Assembly: GCF_022045235.1 (NCBI RefSeq)
Contig: NW_027266269.1
Location: forward strand, 18,848,001 to 18,912,000
Source of the DNA: Haliotis cracherodii
Taxonomy: Eukaryota
DNA: 64,000 nt
Reading direction: 5' to 3'
A model generated the notes under the pieces. That model was not told where the DNA came from, made no database searches, and worked only from the letters and a program-made list of their open reading frames with translations. The first letter of the stretch is position 1. Every line of letters begins with the position of its first letter. A program made the translations under genes and the position numbers. Positions 52,562 through 64,000 of this stretch are shown piece by piece.

Positions 52562-52848
52562 ATCACACATCACCAAAAAGGGAGCTGGTTTTTATTTTCA
52601 GTATTGTCACTTTGTGTCAGATTTTTCCCATTAGAGAGAGATTCAGGTCAATATTTCCCACCTTCCTGCAATCAAAATCAAGTAAATCGTTAGATATGCT
52701 GCCTGATGCTCACATTTCAAATAAACTTGCCATAGGGAGTGAATTTGAGAAATCAATTCTCAGAGATATTTCTCATGAAATCAAACATGATTCATTGATT
52801 GTCATGGAAGCTCACAACTTTTGCATCCACCTCAAAGAGTTATTTCAA

Positions 52849-53130
52849 GAGTGAGTGAGTGAGTTGGGTTTAACGCCGCTTTTAACAGTATTCCAGTTAT
52901 ATCACGGCGTGTCAGCTTAATGTGGGAGGAAAGCCCGAAGCGATGCAGGTCTCAGACGTTTACCACTTCGGTGAAACCCACGAGCACGGGTATGGTGCTG
53001 ACAAACCTAGAAACATAATTTGGGCGAACTGGGATTCGAACCCACAATCATAGGTTTCTGGCGTGCCCAAGGGACGCAACTCTGCACAGCGAATCGCGGC
53101 GCCTTAGACGACTGGGCCACCCGTGCCTCC
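52849..53130 (-). mobile_element. tRNA-Leu-like SINE (family 4), full length
   Basis: The minus strand reads GGTGGCCCAGTCGTCTAAGGCGCC...GTGGGTTCGAATCCCA, resembling tRNA-Leu A and B boxes with an expanded spacer. Tail GCGGCGTTAAACC(ACTC)n. TSD TATTTCAA at 52841-52848 and 53131-53138. Confidence 0.85.
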
Positions 53131-53170
53131 TATTTCAATAGAATTATAGGACCTCTTTGTACATGTGATA

Positions 53171-53699
53171 CTGTAAACAGGGAATTTTTTGCGACCGTTT
53201 TATTATTGCGAGTTTTGCGAACGAGACTCAATCGCAAAAATTAAAAACGCAAAAATAAGTATAAATAATACATACATACTTTATTCATTGCAACACGTCA
53301 TCAAATGTTGAAATCATCAACCAGAACCACAAGTTACTCAATAAGTTAAAAACACAAATGAATGCAGAATGGTCACACAATACATCACAAATGATAGTGT
53401 AAACAGACCAATTAGTGTCCTCACAGTAATCCTGCCTTCTTCCAACCTCGCTTGATTGCGTCAGTGTCCTTTGCAATTTTGTCAACACAGGAAACAAGCC
53501 ATCTTGCGTGAATCGGTTTCATGACACTGGTCAACTTTCTGGCCAACTCAGATTAACTAGCTTCGGAGAGAAGCTGTCTATTGTTTGGTAATTGAGGTGT
53601 CATCTCAACACGGCAAACTGCAAAAATATCTCGTCGCAGTATTGTCTTTGGTGTGGTATTCGCAACATTTTAACAGCGCAGAAATAAAGCTGTTTACAG
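53171..53699. mobile_element. Tc1/mariner-superfamily MITE
   Basis: TIRs CTGTAAACAGGGAATTTTTTGCG / CGCAGAAATAAAGCTGTTTACAG, flanked by TA at 53169-53170 and 53700-53701. Confidence 0.8.
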
Positions 53700-53701
53700 T
53701 A

Positions 53702-53814
53702 TACTACTCAAAAGAAGTAAAAGAACATCTCCATTCTTTCATATTACATGGTATGAGAGATTAACTGTAGCAATATGCAGGAATGAGGTGTTCTTTAACT
53801 TCCTCAGAGTAGTG
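53702..53814. mobile_element. Small (~113 bp) Tc1-like MITE abutting the previous element
   Basis: Imperfect ~33-bp TIRs TACTACTCAAAAGAAGTAAAAGAACATCTCCATTC / GAATGAGGTGTTCTTTAACTTCCTCAGAGTAGTG, with TA on both sides. Confidence 0.7.
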
Positions 53815-55634
53815 TATGACATTAATGACATCTTTGTACAAAAAATACCTCATTGAAAACATTTATTGCTAGCCTACAAGCAGACTAGTCTCCAAGTTCA
53901 CAACCCTTGCTTTCACCCAAAGCTATTAGAATAAAACTAAGACTCTTCTGTACCTGCAATACCACCATATTGAAAGTTATTACTTGCCATCTAGCCAACT
54001 TGTCCTCAAATTCAGCTAAGCATTCACCTTGACTAGTTATTTCGATAGATATATGCAACCCTTGCACATAAAATACCTCAAGGACAAACTAATAACTAGC
54101 CTACTAGCGTTTTGGACAACTAGCCTTCTAGCCAACTAGCCTTCTAGCCCACTGGCCTAAAAAGATCAGAACTCAGCAGTCACTTTTCAGAGATATTGCA
54201 ATAGATTTACTGAGTACTTAGTACATACAATACCTCAAGGACAAATCACATTAATTTTCAACTTACCTTCAAACCCATGTGAGATATAGATTTGAGGGTT
54301 TCAAAATGTTTATATAAATGTGTGTTGACTATTTTCTTTCAGAAATTGACCTAAAACATCTTTAGGTCACTTTATATTTTAACTTTGAACCTCAGAATTT
54401 CTTTTACCAAACTGAAAGTAAGGATGTTCATCACTTTATCTTTTTTCATAGAAAACATAAAATCTCCAAGACATGGCTATTTCCTCCACATAATGCCAGT
54501 CAGAAACTGGATTCCAGCCGACTGTGTCACAGAAAAACATGTCACTCATCAGCTGGCGAGTCAGATAAACCAAAAAACAAGAAACAAAAATCTACAGTTG
54601 TTAGAATCTAGACACATGAAAAACAAATTTTAGGTCTTCTCATGATGAAACAATTGCAAAATAACATAAAAGAAAAACAATCGCATTACATTCAAAGTAA
54701 AACTCATTAAAAACTATTTTCCACGACCTTCAGGACGAAACAATTCCAAAACAATATAAAAATACACTAAAACACTTAGCCGCCAGTACACAACCAAACT
54801 TAGCACCAGTCTAGATAAACTGAAGCTGTTTAAACCCGTTTGAACCATACAGTCTCACCACTGGCGCTGCTGCAACAACTGCACGCCTTGCACCGGACGC
54901 TCGCGCGCAGAACACTAAGAACACGGTATTCAGTTCTCTTCCTCAATTATAACATAAAAACTATAATACAAACTGTAAACTTGTTAATTACTGATCAGTC
55001 ACTCAACTGATCAGTGCAGCATTAATTCCTCAGAGCATTGGGAGGTATCTTGTATCTCGTGCTACAACCTGCACAGCTGTAAACAAGGAATGGCAGAGAG
55101 GCCATCTCAAAATCTCCAGGATGAGGGTATATTCTAAAGGTCATAAAAAGCTTTCTAACCCCAGTTTATAACAAAGGTATAATATTGACTTAAGAATGAG
55201 CAGTATCTGAGTGGGTTTCTTGCTCATTTCTGAATTATCTCTGAACTAAAATTAAAAAGCTTTTTAACTGCGCCCTTGAGGCAGCAGGAACTTATTGCAC
55301 CCACGCCATTACAATTTAACCATGCTATTGTCACTCTGATACCAGGTATTTCCAACCATGGACTCACTCAACTCTACATAAACATCCACGAGTCAGTGAT
55401 TCAGCCTTGTTAATTACTCCTAACACACTTGCTTACCTGGTACAACATCTCGCTGCAGTGTTGCAGAAATCAATATGTCTTATAATGGAATCTGTTGGGT
55501 TTCACTCCATTAATTGCAACAAAAAAGCGACTTATTACATACCATAATTATTGTATTTAACAAGGTTTGAAATTAACCAAGAATGTCAACAAGCCTGAAA
55601 AGTGATGACATCAGCAATACCCCAAAAATGTATT

Positions 55635-55922
55635 AAACAACCAGCAAGCCTGACCACCCGATCCTGTTAGTCGCTTCTTATGACATGCATAGTCACCTTT
55701 TACAGCAATTTCTTTTTAAGCATGGGTTGCTGAAGACCTAATCTACCCCGCCTCGATACAGATCGTATTGCTATAGAAACTCTGGGACAGCATTATGCCG
55801 GCTGGCTTTATCCAGTAATCAAATCTGGTTCACACAAACCTGTGTTTGATATGATGACAACATCCCATGCTGTAGGGGTAGGATGACACACAATCAACCT
55901 AATCACTGAGCCTGACCACCCA
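55635..55922 (-). mobile_element. Family 3 fragments (one 5' part plus one older diverged relative)
   Basis: AGCCTGACCACCCGATCC...GCATGGGTTGCTGAAGACCTA, followed by a more diverged body fragment. Confidence 0.65.
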
Positions 55923-56004
55923 GTGATTTATCTAGGCTGCTCAGAAGGGGATGTTCCACCCTAAGTCTGCAGCAAATGATAGTAAAGAGTCCTAATTTGA
56001 ATTA

Positions 56005-56165
56005 GTGAGTGAGTTTGGTTTTCACCGCTTTTAGCAATATTCCAGCAATATCATGGCGGGGGACACCAGAAATGGGTTTCACACATTGTACCCATGTCGG
56101 GAATCGAACCCGGGTCTTCAGCATGACGAGCGAACGCTTTAACCACTAGGCTACCCGACCGCCCC
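56005..56165 (-). mobile_element. Short tRNA-derived SINE (family 1), full length
   Basis: Same sequence as the 17436 copy. TSD TAATTTGAATTA at 55993-56004 and 56166-56177. Confidence 0.9.
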
Positions 56166-56705
56166 TAATTTGAATTAAAAATTTCCTAATTCCTGTGTTT
56201 ATGAAAATAAGATCTTTAAAATTATTAAATTTTGAACAATATAATGATTTTGTTCCAATTTGCTTGCCAGGGCAGGGGTCAATTTAAATGCTGGCCATTA
56301 GTTGTAGGCCAGTTAGTATGGAGAAGGGCCAGTAAGTTTTAAAAAGGGGCAAGCCCTGGTGGCTACATACAAATTTGTTGTTAAATCGACACCTGCAAGG
56401 ACACTTAGTTTGGAACACTAGATACATCCCTGCTACCCGATCCATTTGGTCGCCTGTTACAACCAACACAGGCTGCAGGGGACGGGTATTGGTCTAACCA
56501 CTACAATAGTCCTACTACTAGATACAGACTATTGTGATACTGCAGCATGGATGGTACAACAATAACAGTGGTCCATGAACACATGGAATGTGGTCACAGT
56601 TCCACCAATCAGCACTCACCTACAGAGACCATCCATTTAATATTCAAGACAGGACTGGGATTTTTTTCAGAGACAGCTAACATCCTATTATTTTCCACAA
56701 CACTA

Positions 56706-57087
56706 CAGTCAAACACTGTTATGTCGAAGCTGAAGGATCCTCCTAATTCTTTGAGTTATCCGAGGTTCGACACAATCGGATACATTCATTGATTGCCATG
56801 AAGAATGAAAAATGCAAAAACACATGTGACAATAAACAAGGAGAAAATGAAATAGATGTCGACTTATCAGGGTACATTTGGGCTGGTTGGGGACTGGAAA
56901 ATGACTTCAAGATAACCGTAACTTCAACACATCCGAATCGATACATCAAAGGTTCAACAATCCCGAATTAAGAAGGAATACACAGGGACCAAGCTTTTAC
57001 TTTAAACAAGCGTAAGTTTGACACATCAAAGTTTGACACATTGGTGTTTGACACATCAAAGTTCGACGACACAATGGCATTTGACTT
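56706..57087. mobile_element. pogo/Tigger-like MITE
   Basis: Starts TA|CAGTCAAACACTGTTATGTCGAA and ends TTCGACGACACAATGGCATTTGACTT|TA. Repeated subterminal TT(C/T)GACAC motifs. Confidence 0.7.
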
Positions 57088-58427
57088 TATATTATGCAGC
57101 ATGTCCAGCAAACAAATTTTAAAAAATAATTAATAGCTCAGACAATTTCTTTTCCAGTATTTTCTCGAAACACAAACACTTAATTTAAAGGGCACTTAGC
57201 ATGTCCATCTAAAGATTTTTTTCTAAGAAGCCTATGACAATTTTTTATGTCCCCCTGGCGCCATCTCTAATATTTTACAATGAAACCAAGCCAGAGAATT
57301 ATCTGGAATTCCTCACTAGGTGCCCTTGGAAAGCATATTGGGACAAAGACATGGATTATTTAATGTTTAAATTTTTTTAATTCTGAGGTATTGGAAATTT
57401 TTTCATTCAAATTGGAAATTTGTACTGCCATTAGCTGCAGACTTGGGGCTGAATATCGGACTCTGAGCAAGTCTAGATGAATACCCGCACGCAGTCGATC
57501 TGTCTCTTACAACAGTGTAGTGACAGTTTAGCAGAGCAGTGTGACACACAGCACCGCAATATGCACTCTGAGTTTCACTACCCCTGGGAGCACAAGGACC
57601 TTGTTCCAGGACTGTGTCAATACTCCGATAATAAGGAGAATTCTTTGTTGTCTGTCATCAAATCTACAATCACATTAAATAGCTTAATGCAGTTATTGAC
57701 CAAGACGCCATCACTTTGTTGACATATTGGCAGAATCAGGTTTTGGTTATCTATGCATGTAAAACATATCCGTCACATCAAATCAACAATGGCATCATTA
57801 ATTAAATTGTTGAGCAGTACCGGTCGATTTCAGATTGCATCACTGATAAAATAATGTTCAGGATTTGCATTGCTTTCATAAATGGCAGATTTTTTTATTT
57901 GGAACATGTTATCGTTAAAAGATTGGACGAGACTCTGAAGTGCTCTACCGCCCCCATCAGGACCCTCTTAAAGCATATACCATGTAGATAATTCCCATTA
58001 TACAGACTCGGTAGTCCTCCAGTTCAGAGCCATATCAACCATCGCACACAATAGCTCCATCACTACGGCATGAAAGTGAAATCTGTGTGAATCAGAACAG
58101 TCATCTCCAGGAACAATTGGGTAATTATCACGCCAAGCATATCATCCGCACATCAGTTCAAAAGCAAATTATCCTCTTTGAGCTTGTCAACGCCAATCTT
58201 TGTGCCGCTGGCGCGCAGCGTATCGGTCAGTTATGGTGGGAGTGATCAGATTGGCTCCCTGCCGACCAGTAGCACTAGCAGCACCTCAAGGTCGTGGTAG
58301 GAGACGGACATATGATCAATGAACGCCTCTTTGTCCGCCTCAGTGTAAACAACAAGAGGGCAGGGTTGGCTACTTAATATGTTTAAGATCTCATCTCTGA
58401 ATCCAATGTGGCATGCCCATAGGGTAG

Positions 58428-61400
58428 ACAAGCATGGAGACAAGCAAGGGGTACTTGGGTCTTGTTCCCTGCATTATCATGGAGACAAGCATTAGGTACT
58501 GGGGTCTTATTGTTCCCTGAATTATCATGGAAACAAGCAAGGGGTACTTGGGTCTCATTGTTCCCTGAATTATCATGGAGACAAGCAAGGGGTACTTGGG
58601 TCTCATTGTTCCCTGAATTATCATGGAGACAAGCAAGGGGTACTGGGGTCTTATTGTTCCCTGAATTATCATGGAAACAAGCAAGGGGTACTTGGGTCTT
58701 ATTGTTCCCTGAATTATCATGGAGACAAGCAAGGGGTACTTGGGTCTTACTGTTCCCTGAATTACCATGGAGACAAGCAAGGGGTACTTGGGTCTTACTG
58801 TTCCCTGAATTATCATGGAGACAAGCATTAGGTACTTGGGTCTCATTGTTCCCTGAATTACCATGGAGACAAGCAAGGGGTACTTGGGTCTTACTGTTCC
58901 TTGAATTATCATGGAGACAAGCATAAGGTACTGGGGTCTTATTGTTCCCTGAATTATCATGGAAACAAGCAAGGGGTACTTGGGTCTTATTGTTCCCTGA
59001 ATTATCATGGAGACAAGCAAGGGGTACTTGGGTCTCATTGTTCCCTGAATTATCATGGAAACAAGCAAGGGGTACTTGGGTCTTATTGTTCCCTGAATTA
59101 TCATGGAGGGACAAGCAAGGGGTACTTGGGTCTTACTGTTCCCTGAATTATCATGGAGAGACAAGCAAGGGGTACTTGGGTCTTACTGTTCCCTGAATTA
59201 TCATGGAGAGACAAGCAAGGGGTACTTGGGTCTTACTGTTCCCTGAATTATCATGGAGACAAGCATTAGGTACTTGGGTCTCATTGTTCCCTGAATTATT
59301 ATGGAGACAAGCATAAGGTACTTGGGTCTCATTGTTGCCTGAATTATCATGGAGACAAGCAAGGGGTACTTGGGTCTTACTGTTCCCTGAATTATCATGG
59401 AGAGACAAGCAAGGGGTACTTGGGTCTTACTGTTCCCTGAATTATCATGGAGAGACAAGCAAGGGGTACTTGGGTCTTACTGTTCCCTGAATTATCATGG
59501 AGACAAGCAAGGGGTACTTGGGTCTTACTGTTCCCTGAATTATCATGGAGAGACAAGCAAGGGGTACTTGGGTCTTACTGTTCCCTGAATTATCATGGAG
59601 AGACAAGCAAGGGGTACTTGGGTCTTACTGTTCCCTGAATTATCATGGAGAGACAAGCAAGGGGTACTTGGGTCTTACTGTTCCCTGAATTATCATGGAG
59701 AGAAGCAAGGAGTACTTGGGTCTTACTGTTCCCTGAATTATCATGGAGAGACAAGCAAGGGGTACTTGGGTCTTACTGTTCCCTGAATTATCATGGAGAG
59801 AAGCAAGGAGTACTTGGGTCTTACTGTTCCCTGAATTATCATGGAGAGACAAGCAAGGGATACTTGGGTCTTACTGTTCCCTGAATTATCATGGAGAGAA
59901 GCAAGGAGTACTTGGGTCTTACTGTTCCCTGAATTATCATGGAGAGACAAGCAAGGGGTACTTGGGTCTTACTGTTCCCTGAATTATCATGGAGAGAAGC
60001 AAGGAGTACTTGGGTCTTACTGTTCCCTGAATTATCATGGAGAGACAAGCAAGGGGTACTTGGGTCTTACTGTTCCCTGAATTATCATGGAGGGACAAGC
60101 AAGGGGTACTTGGGTCTTACTGTTCCCTGAATTATCATGGAGAGACAAGCAAGGGGTATTTGGGTCTTACTGTTCCCTGAATTATCATGGAGGGACAAGC
60201 AAGGGGTACTTGGGTCTTACTGTTCCCTGAATTATCATGGAGAGACAAGCAAGGGGTACTTGGGTCTTACTGTTCCCTGAATTATCATGGAGAGACAAGC
60301 AAGGGGTACTTGGGTCTTACTGTTCCCTGAATTATCATGGAGAGACAAGCAAGGGGTACTTGGGTCTTACTGTTCCCTGAATTATCATGGAGAGACAAGC
60401 AAGGGGTACTTGGGTCTTACTGTTCCCTGAATTATCATGGAGAGACAAGCAAGGGGTACTTGGGTCTTACTGTTCCCTGAATTATCATGGAGAGACAAGC
60501 AAGGGGTACTTGGGTCTTACTGTTCCCTGAATTATCATGGAGAGACAAGCAAGGGGTACTTGGGTCTTACTGTTCCCTGAATTATCATGGAGAGACAAGC
60601 AAGGGGTACTTGGGTCTTACTGTTCCCTGAATTATCATGGAGAGACAAGCAAGGGGTACTTGGGTCTTACTGTTCCCTGAATTATCATGGAGACAAGCAA
60701 GGGGTACTTGGGTCTTACTGTTCCTTGAATTATCATGGAGACAAGCAAGGGGTACTTGGGTCTTACTGTTCCCTGAATTATCATGGAGACAAGCAAGGGG
60801 TACTTGGGTCTTACTGTTCCCTGAATTATCATGGAGACAAGCAAGGGGTACTTGGGTCTTACTGTTCCCTGAATTATCATGGAGAGACAAGCAAGGGGTA
60901 CTTGGGTCTTACTGTTCCTTGAATTATCATGGAGAGACAAGCAAGGGGTACTTGGGTCTTACTGTTCCCTGAATTATCATGGAGACAAGCAAGGGGTACT
61001 TGGGTCTTACTGTTCCCTGAATTATCATGGAGAGACAAGCAAGGGGTACTTGGGTCTTACTGTTCCCTGAATTATCATGGAGAGACAAGCAAGGGGTACT
61101 TGGGTCTTACTGTTCCCTGAATTATCATGGAGAGACAAGCAAGGGGTACTTGGGTCTTACTGTTCCCTGAATTATCATGGAGAGAAGCAAGGAGTACTTG
61201 GGTCTTACTGTTCCCTGAATTATCATGGAGAGACAAGCAAGGGGTACTTGGGTCTTACTGTTCCCTGAATTATCATGGAGAGAAGCAAGGAGTACTTGGG
61301 TCTTACTGTTCCCTGAATTATCATGGAGAGACAAGCAAGGGATACTTGGGTCTTACTGTTCCCTGAATTATCATGGAGAGAAGCAAGGAGTACTTGGGTC

Positions 61401-62830
61401 TTACTGTTCCCTGAATTATCATGGAGAGACAAGCAAGGGGTACTTGGGTCTTACTGTTCCCTGAATTATCATGGAGAGAAGCAAGGAGTACTTGGGTCTT
61501 ACTGTTCCCTGAATTATCATGGAGAGACAAGCAAGGGGTACTTGGGTCTTACTGTTCCCTGAATTATCATGGAGGGACAAGCAAGGGGTACTTGGGTCTT
61601 ACTGTTCCCTGAATTATCATGGAGAGACAAGCAAGGGGTATTTGGGTCTTACTGTTCCCTGAATTATCATGGAGGGACAAGCAAGGGGTACTTGGGTCTT
61701 ACTGTTCCCTGAATTATCATGGAGAGACAAGCAAGGGGTACTTGGGTCTTACTGTTCCCTGAATTATCATGGAGAGACAAGCAAGGGGTACTTGGGTCTT
61801 ACTGTTCCCTGAATTATCATGGAGAGACAAGCAAGGGGTACTTGGGTCTTACTGTTCCCTGAATTATCATGGAGAGACAAGCAAGGGGTACTTGGGTCTT
61901 ACTGTTCCCTGAATTATCATGGAGAGACAAGCAAGGGGTACTTGGGTCTTACTGTTCCCTGAATTATCATGGAGAGACAAGCAAGGGGTACTTGGGTCTT
62001 ACTGTTCCCTGAATTATCATGGAGAGACAAGCAAGGGGTACTTGGGTCTTACTGTTCCCTGAATTATCATGGAGAGACAAGCAAGGGGTACTTGGGTCTT
62101 ACTGTTCCCTGAATTATCATGGAGAGACAAGCAAGGGGTACTTGGGTCTTACTGTTCCCTGAATTATCATGGAGACAAGCAAGGGGTACTTGGGTCTTAC
62201 TGTTCCTTGAATTATCATGGAGACAAGCAAGGGGTACTTGGGTCTTACTGTTCCCTGAATTATCATGGAGACAAGCAAGGGGTACTTGGGTCTTACTGTT
62301 CCCTGAATTATCATGGAGACAAGCAAGGGGTACTTGGGTCTTACTGTTCCCTGAATTATCATGGAGAGACAAGCAAGGGGTACTTGGGTCTTACTGTTCC
62401 TTGAATTATCATGGAGAGACAAGCAAGGGGTACTTGGGTCTTACTGTTCCCTGAATTATCATGGAGACAAGCAAGGGGTACTTGGGTCTTACTGTTCCCT
62501 GAATTATCATGGAGACAAGCAAGGGGTACTTGGGTCTTACTGTTCCCTGAATTATCATGGAGAGACAAGCAAGGGGTACTTGGGTCTTACTGTTCCCTGA
62601 ATTATCATGGAGAGAAGCAAGGAGTACTTGGGTCTTACTGTTCCCTGAATTATCATGGAGAGACAAGCAAGGGGTACTTGGGTCTTACTGTTCCCTGAAT
62701 TATCATGGAGAGAAGCAAGGAGTACTTGGGTCTTACTGTTCCCTGAATTATCATGGAGAGACAAGCAAGGGGTACTTGGGTCTTACTGTTCCCTGAATTA
62801 TCATGGAGACAAGCAAGGGGTACTTGGGTC
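58428..62830. repeat. Satellite array, 48/50-bp unit (~90 copies), with a 1482-bp higher-order duplication
   Basis: Unit (GA)GACAAGCAAGGGGTACTTGGGTCTTACTGTTCCCTGAATTATCATGGA; variant patterns recur at a 1482-bp offset. Confidence 0.97.
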
Positions 62831-63138
62831 ATTAGGTACTGGAAACATATTCTGTCCCTAAATCCCCTACTAGTTTGTCTTATTACTCCCTGAATTACCA
62901 TGGAGCGAAGCAAGGGGTAGTGGGGTCTTATTGTTCCCTTTATTATCATGGGAGACAACCATTAGGCACTGGAAACATATTCTGTCCCTGAATCCCCTCC
63001 TAGTTTGTCTTATTGTTCCCTGAATTACCATGGAGAGAAGTAAGGGGTAGTGGGGTCTTATTGTTCCCTTTATTATCATGGGAGACAATCATTAGGCACT
63101 GGAAACATATTCTGTCCCTGAATCCACTACTAGTTTGT
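62830..63138. repeat. 130-bp composite repeat (~2.4 copies) related to the adjacent satellite
   Basis: CATTAGG(T/C)ACTGGAAACATATTCTGTCCCT recurs every ~130 bp. Confidence 0.85.
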
Positions 63139-63469
63139 AAGAGTAGTCCAGACATTAACACTCAACTGACCTGTAGCCAAGGGAACAAACTCACAGATTG
63201 CTATGTTTGTCCATTAATGTGTATGAAATTCTTCTCCCGTGCTCTGAAAAATATAAGAGCTTCCTGCCTACACTCTGACCATGTAAAAACACCTGAATCT
63301 GGCTGTGAGAAACACCTGAATCTAGTCATTAACAGACGACAGTCTGCCCGGTCAACAGTGGACAGCTGCAGATGATGGCGACAACAACATCAGCTCCAAT
63401 CAGTAAATTAACTTTGGCTGTCATCAAACAGTCCAGCTGGGACCACACTTTGCAGAGCCACAGTACAGG

Positions 63470-64000
63470 TAGGATCTTAGTTAGGAGTGGCTAGTAAACA
63501 AACCAGGTAGGATCATACTTCGATGGGTTAATAAACAGTCCACTTAGGATCTTACTTGGGAGGTGCTAATAAACAGTCCACTTAGGATCTTATTTGGGAG
63601 AGGCTAATAAACAGTCCACTTAGGATCTTACTTGGGAGAGGCTAATAAACAGTCCACTTAGAATCTTACTTGGGAGAGGCTAATAAACAGTCCACTTAGG
63701 ATCTTACTTGGGAGTGGCTAATAAACAGTCCACTTAGAATCTTACTTGGGAGAGGATAATAAACAGTCCACTTAGAATCTTACTTGGGAGAGGCTAATAA
63801 ACAGTCCACTTAGAATCTTACTTGGGAGAGGCTAATAAACAGTCCACTTAGAATCTTACTTGGGAGTGGCTAATAAACAGTCCACTTAGAATCTTACTTG
63901 AGAGTAGCTAATAAACAAACCAGTTAGGATCTTACTTGGGAGTGGCTAATAAACAGTCCACTTAGAATCTTACTTGGGAGAGGCTAATAAACAGTCCACT
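63470..64000. repeat. Minisatellite, 38-bp unit, running off the window end
   Basis: Unit AATAAACAGTCCACTTAGAATCTTACTTGGGAGAGGCT. Confidence 0.95.

Noticed and set aside
56085-56165. tRNA genes at SINE heads (Asp-like in family 1, Leu-like in family 4)
   Set aside because: They are fused to SINE bodies and tails, flanked by TSDs, and lack a proper acceptor stem.
58383-62958. Dozens of ORFs on both strands
   Set aside because: Translations of the 48/50-bp satellite.

Overview
This is AT-rich, repeat-dominated eukaryotic DNA, most likely from a mollusc. The V-domain and tRNA SINE repertoire with (GAGT)n/(AAAC)n tails suggests a gastropod such as abalone; that assignment is inference. Only one convincing protein-coding region was found: an intronless ~304-aa ORF (51647-52561, +) encoding a probable single-pass membrane protein of no recognisable family. 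The rest contains four interspersed retroelement families: a short tRNA-derived SINE, a V-domain tRNA SINE, a tRNA-Leu-like SINE, and a tRNA-less element with a structured 5' end ('family 3'). It also holds a decayed Tc1/mariner transposase, several MITEs with clear TIRs/TSDs, about 20 tandem-repeat arrays, a ~2.7-kb tandem duplication and one N gap. Highlights: (i) family 3 begins with a ~90-nt motif that can fold as a pseudoknot plus hairpin (candidate ribozyme or cis-acting RNA); (ii) three separate minisatellites appear to derive from that same ~48-bp module, and another from a SINE tRNA head; (iii) retroelements are strongly biased to the minus strand, which with a candidate signal-peptide exon at 2299-2350 suggests long introns of a minus-strand gene, with the membrane-protein ORF nested antisense. 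Coordinates of degenerate repeats are approximate and all alignments were done by eye.
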